NCBI GenBank assembly: GCA_963663895.2
Contig: CAXXRD010000002.1
Coordinates: 480,001 to 544,000, forward strand
DNA from: Dehalococcoidia bacterium
GTDB taxonomy: Bacteria; Chloroflexota; Dehalococcoidia; Bin125
Length of the DNA: 64,000 nucleotides
Direction: 5' to 3'
Below, one piece after another: positions 48,363-59,779 of the stretch (positions are counted from its first letter, which is position 1; each line of letters begins with the position of its first letter). The notes below the pieces were generated by a model. That model did not search any database, was not told where the DNA came from, and saw only the letters and a program-made list of their open reading frames with translations. A program made the translations under genes and the position numbers.

Positions 48363-51300
48363 CTACTTGGGCCGGGTGGACTTGCCGCCGTGCACCGTCG
48401 GCTCCGCGCACCACTGCCGGGCGCAGCACGTCCAGCGGCTCCAGGATCGACTCCGGCAGGCCGAGCAGGTCGCAGAGCACTGCTTGGTCGAGCGCCTGGC
48501 GCGTCTCGTCGCGGTAGGCCTCGTTGGCGGGCAGGAAGGTCCAATCGCGGAAGTCGGCGAAGAGCTTTTCCGCCAGCCGGAGCTGCCGCGCATTGAGCGT
48601 TCGCACGTCCAGCACCGGCAGGGACGGCAGACCCGAGATCGTCAGGATCGCGCGTCCCTGCTGCTGGCGGCCGGCGATCCACCAGAAGCAGATCAGCCCC
48701 AGGGTGGTATTCGCCCACAGCGCCAGCGCCTCTTCCCAGTGCTCGGTCGCGCCCTCAACGGTGAAGTTCGGCCAGGCCCTGCCGCCGATCGAGCGCTCAG
48801 GGGTGAGGCAGGCGGCAAGGCTCTGTGAGTTGAGCCGGAAATCAAGACTGAAGTGGAGCCGGGTCGCCGTTTCCCATACAGCGACGGCCCGGGCGTCGCT
48901 GTCCAGTCGCACCCGACCTTCGCTGTCGGGATCCACCACAAGCCGCCGTTCGCGGTGCGCATCGTGCTTCCAGAGCATAGGATACGCCGCAGGTAGTTCG
49001 TGTCCGAACACCACATTGAACGGCCCACGTTGCATACCTGCTTTGTTCCGCTCTTTACCGGAAATATCACGGTGCACCAAGCCACGGTTGCCCACTGCGG
49101 CAAGCACGGTAATAGGAACAGGAAACGACTCCGGTAACCTCGGCAGGCGCAGCGTGCCGTGGGACAACTCGACACCAGCGTTGGTAACATTCAGCTCCCT
49201 TAGCGATGCACAGCCGCCATCGGCAAGCGATGCGTGGATGTAGCAGCCGATCTCGTCGTCGCCGATACAGAGAAATCCAGTCTCTGAGGCAGGAATCTGC
49301 TCGATCACGCGAGCGAACGCAGTCGCATCGATAGTGCTGCGTGGACGCCGCCGAAGGTTGACATAGACAGCCGGAGCATCCGCTTCGTCCGTCTCAATCG
49401 ACTCACTGTTCTTCACGGCGACGACCAGCGCCTCGCCCATGCCGGTATCCGCCGAAAACGCCGTAGCGAACTTTCCTGTCGCGGCCAGCGTGATCACCAC
49501 GACATCGCGGTAGTGGCGCGCGAGCAGACGGCGCGTTTCCATCCACGCTTCGCCCGAGATCATTGCCAGCGGCAGAACTAGGGCAAGCACACCACCCGGC
49601 TTTACTTTCTGATCTGCGAGATCGATGAAGTTGGATGCCAGTCCGGCGTTGCCGTCTCCAGCTGGCTGCACCAACTGGCCGCGAATCTTCCCCAGGACCA
49701 CTGACATACGCGTCTGCTCTTCTGCGCTTGTTGCGAACCCCACGAACGAAGGCACAGGTACTCCGTAAAAGCCCGCATGATTCGTAGGCCGCGTGAAGGG
49801 CGGATTCATAATCACGAGGTCGGCGCTCTGCGGCGGCAACACCAGCTCGCGGAAGTCTTCAGCCTCGGCCTTAGCCTCGGTATCTGCTCCTTTGCCGCGC
49901 ACGATCCGAGGGCCGGTACTGAACAGGCCCAACATCCTGTCGCTCTCGATCAGGTCGAGCGAGCCAATGGCGATGGTCCCGCCGGTCTCCTCGTCCTGCC
50001 TGCCGTAGGGCATCGTGTGGACCTGCGTGTTGCCGAAGGTCACGGCCGGGTGGGCGCTCGACAGCATGGAGGCGGTCAGGTGCGTCGCCGCCGGCATGAT
50101 GTCCGCGCCGATCAGCGCACGCTCCATCATGACGCGGTGTATGCCTCCATCATCACGACCAGCGCGGCGATGGCGCGCCGCGACCGCGCGGTAGGCGGCG
50201 GAGAGCAGAATGCCCGTGCCGCAGGCGAGGTCGGCGATGCGCAATTCGGTCAGCGCCTCCGGGTCGGCCCAGTCCACGTCCAGCTTCGAGACCGCCATCT
50301 CGGCCAGCAGCGCGGCGGAGGCGGGCAGGGTGTAGAAGGTCGCCAGGAACTTCCGGTCCACGATCAGCCGCCCGAACATCTGGCCGGCCATGTCCTGCGT
50401 GCTGGTCACTCCGATGCCGTCGAGATCGCCCGCGACCAGATGCAGGCGATCGAGCAACGCCTGGGCCTTGCCGTTGGGGATGGGGAGCAGCACGTCCGAG
50501 GCGATCTTGAAGATGGGCCAGTAGTTGATCTCGTCGAGGATGTAGCGCCACGTCTTCAGCACCTTGCTCTTCAGCAAGCGCCCGCGGGCGCCGCGTAGCT
50601 CGTCGAGCGTGGGGATCTGGTAGGCCCCTGCGATGCCGGTGTGGACGGTGAGCGCGTTGGCGATGATCGCCGCCGCCATGCGCGAGGTCTGCTCGCCGTC
50701 CTCCTGGTGAAGCGCCTCGGCGATCTTCTTAAGGACATCGGGGCGGTCGTCCTTGAGATCGGCGCGGAGGCGGTCGGCGGCCTCCCGCACGCCGTCCTCA
50801 AGGATGCGCATCCCCTCGGCCAGGCGCCGCTCGGAGAGGGCGGTCCCCTCGATCAGGCCCGCGAGGTCGTCGATGCCGCCCCGCAGCCAGCCCGACTCCG
50901 GCCAGCGGATGGGATCGTCCGGCTCCTCTTCGCGGTGGGTGAGCACGCAGTAGCGGAACGCCGCCCCGGCGATGCCCTCGGCGAGGTGGCCCTGATCACG
51001 GCGCAACGCGGCCGGCAGGCAGACGGCGATCGCCTGCTCGACCTGGTCGCCGGTCTCCGCCATGACCAGGCCGAGGCGGTCGCGCGCCTCGGCCTCGACG
51101 GTATGGGCGGGATCGAACTCGGTCTCAACGATCACCGGCGCGCCGCCGGGATGGCGGATCACGATATCCGGCTGGAGTCCTGGATGATCCCGGATGACGC
51201 CGCTCTGCTCCGCCCCGATGCGATCGCGCCAGCGCGGGTGCTTGCCGCGCAGCGCGTTCGCGAGCTCGATATTGAAAGCCGGTTCGGTGGTTTGCGGCAT
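48363..51300 (-). CDS. Type IIG-like fused restriction endonuclease/N6-adenine methyltransferase (+1 frameshift near 48420)
   Basis: N-terminal PDIVI...VIVETEF nuclease-like motif; ATFYT, motif I DLACGTG, motif IV NPPF; the C-terminus continues in another frame as RQWCAEPTVHGGKSTRPK. Confidence 0.8.
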
Positions 51301-51442
51301 CGGCGTCACCGTAGCGCTTGCGCCGTGCAGACGAAAACGCGCCAGCGGACTCTCCATCCACAAGCAAACCGCTTGAATCCGCGCGTAGAATGCCGGCAGG
51401 CGCGCGACGAGCGGCGCGTTCCCTGAACGACGGGAGCAGGCG

Positions 51443-52674
51443 ATGGATATCGGACCGCTGAGCGGCGTGAAGGTGGTGGAGTGCAGCATCTGGGGCTTCG
51501 GCCCGATCGGGGGGTTGATGCTGGGCGATCTGGGAGCGGACGTGATCAAGATCGAGAGTCCGCGCCGCCCCGACCCGGCACGGCACGTGACCAACGTGGT
51601 GGGGATCGAGGTGATGATGGAGGACGGGCGCAGCGCCTGCTGGCAGAGCTTCAACCGCAACAAGCGCTCGCTGGCGCTGGACCTCAAGACCGAGCGGGGG
51701 CGGGAGGTGCTGAAGGCGCTGGTGCGGGAGGCGGACATCTTCCTGGAGAACTACCGCCCCGGCGTCTTCGACAAGCTGGGGCTGGGCTACGAGGAGCTGT
51801 CGAAGATCAACCCGCGGCTGATCTACGCCTCGACGGCTGGGTACGGGTTCGAGGGGCCGGAGGCGAACAAGCCGGCGCTGGACGTGGTGGGGCAGGCGCG
51901 CTCGGGCTTCATGTGGACGAGCGGGGCGCCGGGCGATCCGCCGATGTGGAACTCGCAAGGGGTGGCGGACGTGATGGGCGCGACCTGCGTCGCCTACGGG
52001 ATCCTGGCGGCGCTGCGCGGCGCGGGAGCTGCACGGGGTCGGGCAGAAGGTGGAGATCTCGCACATCATGGCCAACATGTGGCTCTCGTTCTGGGGGATC
52101 AGCGTGGGGATGATGCGGGGGCTACGAGGACTGGCCGCGCTTCGACCGCGCCAAGGCCGGCAATCCGCTCTGGAACCTGTACGAGTGCGGGGACGGGGAG
52201 TGGCTGATCCTGGGGATCGCGGAGGCGGACCCGCACTGGCCCGGCTTCTGCAAGGAGATGGGGCTGACGGAGCTGATCGACGATCCGCGCTTCAACTCCA
52301 TGGACAACCGCCGCGACAACGCCGAGGAGCTGAATCCGGATCCTGGACCGGCGCTTCCGCGAGGCGACGCGGGCCGAGTGGGAAGAGCGGCTGGCCCCGC
52401 AACCCGGACCTGATCTACTCGCGGGTGCAGCGGCTGGGCGACCTGCTGCACGACCCCGCCGTGCAGGCCAACAACTACCTGGCCGATCACCCGCACCGGC
52501 ACTACGGCGCGACGAAGATGCTGACGCACCCGGTCACGCTGCGGAAGACGCCGGCGGCGATCCGCCGCGACGCCCCCGATCTCGGGGAGCACACGGGCGA
52601 GGTGCTGTCGGAGTGGCTGGGCTACGACGGCGGGCAGATCGAGGATCTGGCGAGCGCGGGGCGTCACCGAGTAG
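51443..52674 (+). pseudogene. Class III CoA-transferase with five +1 frameshifts (probably assembly errors)
   Basis: LGDLGADVIKIE, NRNKRS, GVADVMGA; shifts near 52016, 52120, 52333, 52397, 52660; removing 5 nt restores a full-length frame. Confidence 0.85.
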
Positions 52675-52709
52675 GAGGCGCGCGCCGCGGCGCCGCTAGC
52701 TGGTCGCCG

Positions 52710-53935
52710 CTAGCCGAAAGCGCCGGCGCTCATCAGCTCGGCGATCTCCTCGCTGCTGCAGCCGAGCTCCTCGGTGAGGACCTCGAAATTGTGCTCGCCG
52801 AGATCCGGAGCGGCGCGGCGCGGCCGCAGCTCGGACTCGCTGAACTTGACGGGGTAGTTCTGCGCGCGAACGGTGCCCCAGACGGGGTGCTCCATGTCGA
52901 CGAGGTACTCGTTGGCGAGCACCTGGGGATCGCTCTGGAGGTCGGGAAGCCGCTGCACGCGCTCCCACTCCAGGCTCTCGTCCTGTCCGAGGATCGCCTC
53001 CCACTCGGCCCGGGGCTTGGTCGCGAACTGCTCCTCAAGGATGGCGACGAGCTCCACCGCGTTCTCCTTGCGATTCTCGACCGTGTCGAAGCGCGGATCG
53101 TCGACCAGCTCGGGGCGGGCGATCAAGCCGCAGAAGCCGGGCCACTTCTCGTCGCGGACCGTGGCCATGGCGATCCACTCGCCGTCGGCGCAGAGGTAGT
53201 GGTTGAACATGGGCTGCTTGGCGCGGCGGCGGTCCTGCCGGGGCCAGGGGATGTCGAGCAGGAGCTGATTGCTGACGGCCCAGTACTGGATCCACATGGC
53301 GGCGCCGAGGTTGGAGAGGCTCGACCTTCTGGCCCTCGCCCGAGCGCTCGCGGGCGTAGAGGGCGGAGATGACTGAATGCGCCAGCAGGGTGGCGCCGGT
53401 CATGTCCGGAAAGCCGCCGAGGTGGTAGAGCGGGGGATGGTCGTCGCTGCCGGCGCCGAACATGATGCCGGAGCGGGCCTGGCCGGTGAAGTCGTTGCCG
53501 GAGCGGTCGCCCTGCGGGCCCGCTTCGCCGTAGGCGCTGGCGGTGGCGTAGATGAGGCGCGGGTTGCGCTCCCGCAGCGTTTCGTAGTCGAGGCCGAGCT
53601 TGCGCACGACGGGCGGGCGGATGTTGAGCGTGAAGACGTCCGCCTTGTCGATGAGGCGGAGAGCCAGCTCGCGGCCCTGTGGGGTGCTTGAGGTTGAAGG
53701 TGACGGAGCGCTTGCCCCAGTTCATCACCTCGAAGAAGGCGTTGCGATCGCCGGGCATCTGACAGTCGGTGATGCCGGCAACGTAGCGCATGTTGCGGGT
53801 GGGGTCGCCACCGCGGCCCGGGTCCTCGATGCGGATCACGTCCGCGCCCAGATCGCGGAGCATGACGCCGCACATGGGGCCGGTGGCGTACATCGACCAT
53901 TCGACGACGCGGATCCCGTCCAGTGGAGCCTCCAT
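52710..53935 (-). pseudogene. Class III CoA-transferase with two +1 frameshifts
   Basis: MEAPLDGIRVVE, LRDLGADVIRIE, GFPDMTGA, APDLGEH; shifts near 53683 and 53320. Confidence 0.85.
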
Positions 53936-53955
53936 CGCTTGTCTCCTCTGCGGTC

Positions 53956-55182
53956 CTAGCCGGCGACGCCGGCGGTCATGTACTCGGAGATCTGATCGGG
54001 CGAGAGGCCCAGCTCCTCGCTGAGGACCTCGAAGGTGTGCTCGCCGAAGTCGGGAGCGGGCCGGCGCTCGGGGATGGGGTTCTTCTCGAACCGCATGGGG
54101 TAGTTCTGCACCCGCGTCCTGCCATAGACGGGATGGTCGATCTCGGTGATGTAGTCGTTGGCGCGCACCTGATCGTCGCCGGCGAGATTCTCGATGCGCT
54201 GCACGCGCTCGAAGGCGAGGGAGGGGTCGCGCGCCAGGATCGCTTCCCACTCGGCGCGGGGACGCGTCTGGAAGTGGGCGTCCAGGATCGCGACGAGCTC
54301 CTCGGCGTTGCGGCGGCGGGCGTCCACGTCGTGGAAGCGCTCGTCGTCGATGAGATGATCGAGGCCCATGACGCGGCAGAACGCGGGCCAATTCTCGGGC
54401 AGCAGGTTGGCGAGGGCGAGCCACTCTCCGTCGCCGCAGGGGTAGTGGTTCCAGAGGGCGTTGCCGGGCTGGCGCCGGTCCATGCGCGGCCAGCGCTGGC
54501 CGACGAGCGAGTTGATGCCGAACGCCCAGTACTGGAACCACATGCCGGCGCCCAGGTTGGAGACGTCGATCATCTGCCCCTTGCCGGTGCGCTCCCGCGC
54601 GTAGAGGGCGGTGAGGATGCCGTGCGAGAGGAGCGTCGATCCGCCGATGTCGCAGGGGGCGCCGGTGTGGTAGAGGGGCGGATCTTCATCGGTGCCGGGG
54701 GCCCACATCATGCCGGAGCGCGCCTGGCCGGTGTAGTCGTTGCCGGTGCGGCCGGCGAGGGGGCCGCTGGAGCCGAAAGCGCTGGAGGCCGCGTAGATGA
54801 TCCGTGGATTGCGCGCGCGGACGGACTCGTAGTCGAGGCCAAGGCGCGCGACGACGGGGGGGCGGAAGTTGGTGAGGAAGACATCGGCCTTTTCGATGAG
54901 CTGCATGGCCAGCTCTTTGCCCTCGGGCGCTTTGAGGTTCAGGCCGATAGAGCGCTTGCCCCAGTTCGAGATCTCGAAGGAAGCATTGCGTCCGCCCGGC
55001 ATCTGCGCATCGACGGTGCCGTTGGTGTAGCGCAGGCCGCGCAGGGTCTCGCCGCCGGTGCGGGGATCTTCGATCTTGATGACGTCGGCGCCGAGGTCGC
55101 GCAGCATGACGCCGGCAAGCGGGCCCATGACGTAGATGGACCATTCCACGACCTTGACGCCGTCGAGGATCGGTTTCGCCAC
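53956..55182 (-). CDS. Class III CoA-transferase (CaiB/BaiF family)
   Basis: LRDLGADVIKIE, NWGKRS, TNFRP, APCDIGGS, APDFGEHT; GTG start after RBS GGAGG. Confidence 0.92.
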   Translation of the reverse strand: MAKPILDGVKVVEWSIYVMGPLAGVMLRDLGADVIKIEDPRTGGETLRGLRYTNGTVDAQMPGGRNASFEISNWGKRSIGLNLKAPEGKELAMQLIEKADVFLTNFRPPVVARLGLDYESVRARNPRIIYAASSAFGSSGPLAGRTGNDYTGQARSGMMWAPGTDEDPPLYHTGAPCDIGGSTLLSHGILTALYARERTGKGQMIDVSNLGAGMWFQYWAFGINSLVGQRWPRMDRRQPGNALWNHYPCGDGEWLALANLLPENWPAFCRVMGLDHLIDDERFHDVDARRRNAEELVAILDAHFQTRPRAEWEAILARDPSLAFERVQRIENLAGDDQVRANDYITEIDHPVYGRTRVQNYPMRFEKNPIPERRPAPDFGEHTFEVLSEELGLSPDQISEYMTAGVAG

Positions 55183-55333
55183 GACATCCTCCAAGTCCGG
55201 TGCGGGAAGGAGCACGACCGGCCGCTTCCCAAGCCGGTGCTACCACCATTCGCAGACGCAGTCTAATGAGGGAAACGATAGCAGCTATGATGCGCGCTGG
55301 GCGGGCGAGGCAAGGCATGAACCGAGCGAGGCG

Positions 55334-56090
55334 ATGAGAAGATTGGAACGGCGGCGGGCGCTCGTCACCGGCGGGTCCCGCGGGCTGGGAGCGGCGGTCG
55401 CCCGGCGGCTCGCGCAAGAGGGATGCGGAGTGGCGATCAGCGGGCGCAGGGAGTCAGAGCACGCGCGGGCGGTGATCGAGACGATCGCGGCGCAGGGCGG
55501 CCAGGCGGTACTGGTCACGGGGGACGTGGGCGAGGCGGCGGCGGCGGCGGGGATCGTAGAGCGGGCGGCGGGCAAGCTGGGCGGGCTCGATATCGTGGTC
55601 AACAGCGCGGGGATTTGGCGGGGCGGGCGGCTGAAAGACGCCAATCTGGACGATTGGCACGAGATCTGGCGAATCAACATCATGGGGACGATGCACGTGA
55701 CGCGCGCGGCGCTGCCCTACCTCGAAGCGGCGGCGAAGAGCGGGACGCTGGCGAGCGTCGTCGTGATGAGCTCCAGCGTCGGGTTCAAGGGCTTCCCGGG
55801 AGACACAGCCTATGCGACGACGAAGGCGGGGCTGGTGGGGTTCACGCGGGCGCTGGCGAAGGAGCTCGCCCGCAAGGGGAATCACGGTCAATGCCCTCAC
55901 GCCCGGCTACATCAACGTGGGAGTGACCGACGAGGTGCCCCAGAAGGGCCGCGACATGATGCTGGAGCGGATCCCGTTGGGGCGGCCGGGGACGGCGGAC
56001 GAGGTCGCGGCGGCCGTGGCGTTCCTGGTATCGGAGGGAACGTATATCACGGGGCATACGCTCGATATCGACGGCGGCATTGAGCTATAG
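55334..56090 (+). CDS. FabG-like SDR (one +1 frameshift near 55878)
   Basis: VTGGSRGLG, NSAG, YATTK; continues GITVNALTPGYI...IDGG in the next frame. Confidence 0.85.
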
Positions 56091-56156
56091 CGTTACACTG
56101 CGCGCGAGAGATACGGAACCGGGCAACGTTCAGACAGCAGACCGCGGGAGGGTCAT

Positions 56157-57336
56157 ATGCGAGACGTAGCGATCGTGGGAGCGGGGATGACCCGCTTCGG
56201 GAAATTCATCGAGAAGAGCTCCAAGGATCTGGGGCAGGAAGCGGTGCAGAACGCGCTGGACGACGCCGGTCTGCAGAAGAGCGATATCGAAGCCGCGATC
56301 GTCGGGAACGCGGTGGGCGGCCTGATGACGGGCCAGGAGATGGTGCGGGGGCAGACGATCCTGCGGCCCTGGGGCTTCGGCGACATCCCCATCATCAATA
56401 CGGAGAACGCCTGCGCCAGCTCGTCGACGGCGTTCCACCTGGCGTGGCTGTACGTGGCGAGCGGGATGCACGACTGCGTCTTGGCGCTGGGCGTGGAGAA
56501 GCTCTACGACGAAGACAAGGCGAAGTCGTTCCAGGCGATCGGCACGGCGGTCGACATGGAGCTCGACGCCGGAAGCGGAGACCGGCGCGGGTCAGACGCG
56601 CACGCGCTTCATGGACCTGTACGCGGACGCCGCCAAGGCGCACATGGAGAAGTACGGCACCACGGTGCAGCAGATCGCCAAGGTGGCGTCGAAGAACCAC
56701 ACGAACGGATCGCTGAACCCGTACGCGCAATTCCGAAAGCCGTTCAGCGTGGAAGACGTCCTGCAGGCGCGGATGGTCGCCGATCCACTCACGCTGTACA
56801 TGTGCTCCGGCATCGGCGACGGCGGGGCAGCGACGATCCTCTGCTCGGCGGAGAAGGCGAAGCAGCTGCGCACGGACCCGATCTGGGTGCGCGCCTCCGC
56901 GATCTCATCCGGGCATGACCGGGACGACGGCGAAGCCGCGGTCGCGGATCGGACGTCGAAGCGCGCGTACGAGGCGGCCGGGATCGGTCCCTCGGACGTG
57001 GACGTGGTGGAGCTGCACGACGCGGCCGCGCCGGCCGAGATCAGCTTGGTGGAGGAGCTCGGCTTCTGCGCCTACGGCGAGGGCGGACCGTTCGCGGAGT
57101 CCGGTGCCTCGCAGATCGACGGCGACACGCCGGTGAATCCGAGCGGCGGTCTGATGGCGCGCGGCCACCCGATCGGCGCGACCGGTCTGGGCCAGCTGGT
57201 CGAGATTACCTGGCAGCTGCGCGGCCAGGCGGGCGACCGTCAGGTCAAGGACGCCAAGGTCGGACTGACGCACAACGCAGGCGGCGAGATCCGCGGCGAA
57301 GCCGCGGTCAACACCGTGCACGTCCTGACTCGCTAG
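56157..57336 (+). CDS. SCP2/lipid-transfer-type thiolase (one +1 frameshift near 56565)
   Basis: NTENACASS (Cys), ELHDA, VNPSGGLMARGHPIGATG, HNAGG. Confidence 0.88.
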
Positions 57337-57368
57337 CCGCGCGGATCGAGACAAGCAACGAGCCGTTG

Positions 57369-57400
57369 GCCGGTGGCTTCCGCGCGCGGAAGCCACCGGC
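57369..57400. repeat. 32-bp perfect palindrome (hairpin) between the thiolase and the next gene
   Basis: GCCGGTGGCTTCCGCG|CGCGGAAGCCACCGGC. Confidence 0.8.
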
Positions 57401-57483
57401 TGGCTTAGGAACCAGTCAGCCCGGACGCGTCCCCCAAGCGCGACAAAGTCTCGCGGACAGCGGGCGTGGTCGAGGAGGAAACC

Positions 57484-58929
57484 ATGGCGCTGCGAACGCC
57501 GGAGGAGTACGTCGAGAGCTTGCGGGATGGCCGCCGGGTGTACGTCGCGGGGGAGCGCGTCGATGACGTGACGACCCACCCGATCCTCCAAATCACCACG
57601 GAGCACTCGGCCGGCACCTACCGGCATCAGCACGATCCAGAGCTGCGAGCGCTGTTCACGTACGAGCCCGACGGGGAGGGGCAGCGGGCGAGCCGCTACT
57701 TCAAGCTCGCGACGACGCCGGACGAACTGCTGACCCGGGGCGACCTGATCGAAGAGGACACGCGGCGCCACAACTCGACGTTCAACATCACGAAGGCGGT
57801 CGGGTCGGATGCGATGCACGCCCTGAAGGTTTGGTCGCATCAGACGGACGGGGATCTGGGAACCGACTACGCGCCGCGCGTCGACGCCTGGATCAACCAC
57901 GTGCGCACGCAGGATCTGTCGCTGGCGCTGTCACAGACGGACGTGAAGGGCGATCGGTCGCTGCGGCCGCACCAACAGCCCAACCCGGATGCATATCTGC
58001 ACATCGTGGAGCGCCGGGACGACGGGATTGTCGTGCGCGGGGCGAAGGCGCATCTGACCGCCGGGCCGGTCGTGAACGAGCTGATCTTCATCCCCACGCG
58101 GATGATGGGGGAGGAAGACGCGGCCTACGCGGTCGCGTTCGCGATCCCGGTCAACACGCCGGGGCTCACGCTGATCTGCCGGCAAACGGGGGATACCTCG
58201 CAGTCGACCTTTGACTATCCGATCAGCCGCCGGAACATCGAGACGGAGGCGGTGACGGTCCTGGACGACGTGTTCGTCCCCTGGGATCGGGTGTTCCTGG
58301 CGGGGGAGTGGCAAGCGGCGGGAGCGCTGGCGGTGACTTTCGCGAACTACCACCGCTACACGGCGATCTCGTACAAACCCCCGACGGTGGACTTGTTCGT
58401 GGGAGCGGCGCAGTTGGTGGCCGAGCAGAACGGGGCAGCGCGGGCGGGACACATTCGGGACAAGATCGCGCAGCTGATCATCTACGGGGAGATCATCCGT
58501 GCCTGCCGCAAGGCGGCCGCGCGGGAGGCGACGCCGATCGAGCCGGGGATGGTCTACCCCAATCAAGTGTACGCCAACGCGGGAAAGTACCACTTCGCAT
58601 CGGGGTTCCACCACGCCGCGGCGCTCCTGCAAGACATCGCAGGGGGGCTGGCGATCACAGCTCCGATGGAGTCCGATTTCAAGAACCCTGAGACCGGTCC
58701 GTACCTGGAGCATTATCTGACGGGGGCGGGAGAGACGTCGGCGGCGGAGCGAGTGAACCTGTTCCACCTGATCCGTGACATGACCGCTTCGGAATTCGGC
58801 GGCTACAACTACGTCGTGACGCTGCACGGGGAAGGTTCAATGGCAGCGCAGCTGCTGACGACCTATCGCGACTACGACCTCGAGCGGTGCAAGGCCTTGG
58901 TCCGCGCCACGCTCGACACCGCGAGCTAG
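57484..58929 (+). CDS. 4-hydroxybutyryl-CoA dehydratase / HpaB-family flavoprotein
   Basis: EYVESLRD..VY..GE.V, QTDVKGDRSLRP, DGIVVRGAKAH, DDVFVPWDRVF, HGEGS. Confidence 0.85.
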   Translation: MALRTPEEYVESLRDGRRVYVAGERVDDVTTHPILQITTEHSAGTYRHQHDPELRALFTYEPDGEGQRASRYFKLATTPDELLTRGDLIEEDTRRHNSTFNITKAVGSDAMHALKVWSHQTDGDLGTDYAPRVDAWINHVRTQDLSLALSQTDVKGDRSLRPHQQPNPDAYLHIVERRDDGIVVRGAKAHLTAGPVVNELIFIPTRMMGEEDAAYAVAFAIPVNTPGLTLICRQTGDTSQSTFDYPISRRNIETEAVTVLDDVFVPWDRVFLAGEWQAAGALAVTFANYHRYTAISYKPPTVDLFVGAAQLVAEQNGAARAGHIRDKIAQLIIYGEIIRACRKAAAREATPIEPGMVYPNQVYANAGKYHFASGFHHAAALLQDIAGGLAITAPMESDFKNPETGPYLEHYLTGAGETSAAERVNLFHLIRDMTASEFGGYNYVVTLHGEGSMAAQLLTTYRDYDLERCKALVRATLDTAS

Positions 58930-58956
58930 GATTCGCTGCGGACAAGGGGGCGCTGG

Positions 58957-59751
58957 ATGGACCTGGGACTGGCCGGCAAGGGCGTCGTCGTCACGGGTGG
59001 CGGCTCGAATATCGGACGGGCGATTACGCTCACGTTCGCCCGGGAGGGTGCGCACGTCCTCATCGCGGATCTCGACGTCCCGCAGGCCGAGCGGGTCGTG
59101 GCGGAAGCGGAGGCGCTGCGGGCGGGGGGACGGACGCAGGCGGTAGAGACGGATGTGACGCAGTGCACGTCGATTGAGGCAGCAGTAGAGCGGGCGGTCG
59201 CGGAGTTCGGGCGCATCGACGTGCTGGTGAGCAACGTGGGGTGGACGCACGACCAGCTGTTTTTGGACAAGCCGCTGGAGGAGTTCGAGCGGGAGATTCA
59301 GCTCAATCTGTGGGGCGCGATCCACTCCACACGAGCGGTGCTGCCGCGCATGGCGGAGCAGGGGAACGGCCGGGTCGTGTACATCAGCTCCGATGCCGGC
59401 CGCATGGGCGAGTACCGTGAGTCCGTCTACTCGGCCTGCAAGGCCGGGCTGATCGCGCTCGCGAAGGCGCTCTCGCGCGAGTACGGCAAGTTCGGGGTGA
59501 CGTTCAACGCGGTCTGCCCGGGCCTGACGGTGCCGGACACGGAGGCGGCGATGGGCGAGGGGAGCATGTGGCGGGAGCTGAGCACGGTGTTCACGCCCGA
59601 GGCGCGGGAGCGCGCCAAGAGAGCCTATCCGCTGCGACGGTTGGGTACGGCTCAGGATCCGGCCAATGCGGTGGCGTTTCTCGCGTCGGAGGCGGCCGGG
59701 TTCATCACGGGTCAGACGCTGAGCGTCAGCGGAGGCTACACGATGCAGTGA
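58957..59751 (+). CDS. SDR (BadH-like hydroxyacyl-CoA dehydrogenase family)
   Basis: VTGGGSNIG, NVGW, SSDAGRMG, YSACK, ITGQTLSVSGG. Confidence 0.88.
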   Translation: MDLGLAGKGVVVTGGGSNIGRAITLTFAREGAHVLIADLDVPQAERVVAEAEALRAGGRTQAVETDVTQCTSIEAAVERAVAEFGRIDVLVSNVGWTHDQLFLDKPLEEFEREIQLNLWGAIHSTRAVLPRMAEQGNGRVVYISSDAGRMGEYRESVYSACKAGLIALAKALSREYGKFGVTFNAVCPGLTVPDTEAAMGEGSMWRELSTVFTPEARERAKRAYPLRRLGTAQDPANAVAFLASEAAGFITGQTLSVSGGYTMQ

Positions 59752-59779
59752 TGGGTGTGGGCGGCGATCGCCGGAGGAT

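Noticed and set aside
51301-51738. N-terminal 146-aa extension of the R-M ORF in the ORF track
   Set aside because: It overlaps the antisense strand of the CoA-transferase; the plausible start is ATG 51300 (MPQTTEPAFN)
51443-56620. Programmed ribosomal frameshifting
   Set aside because: Many scattered +1 insertions without slippery motifs, in families not known to recode; consistent with sequencing error
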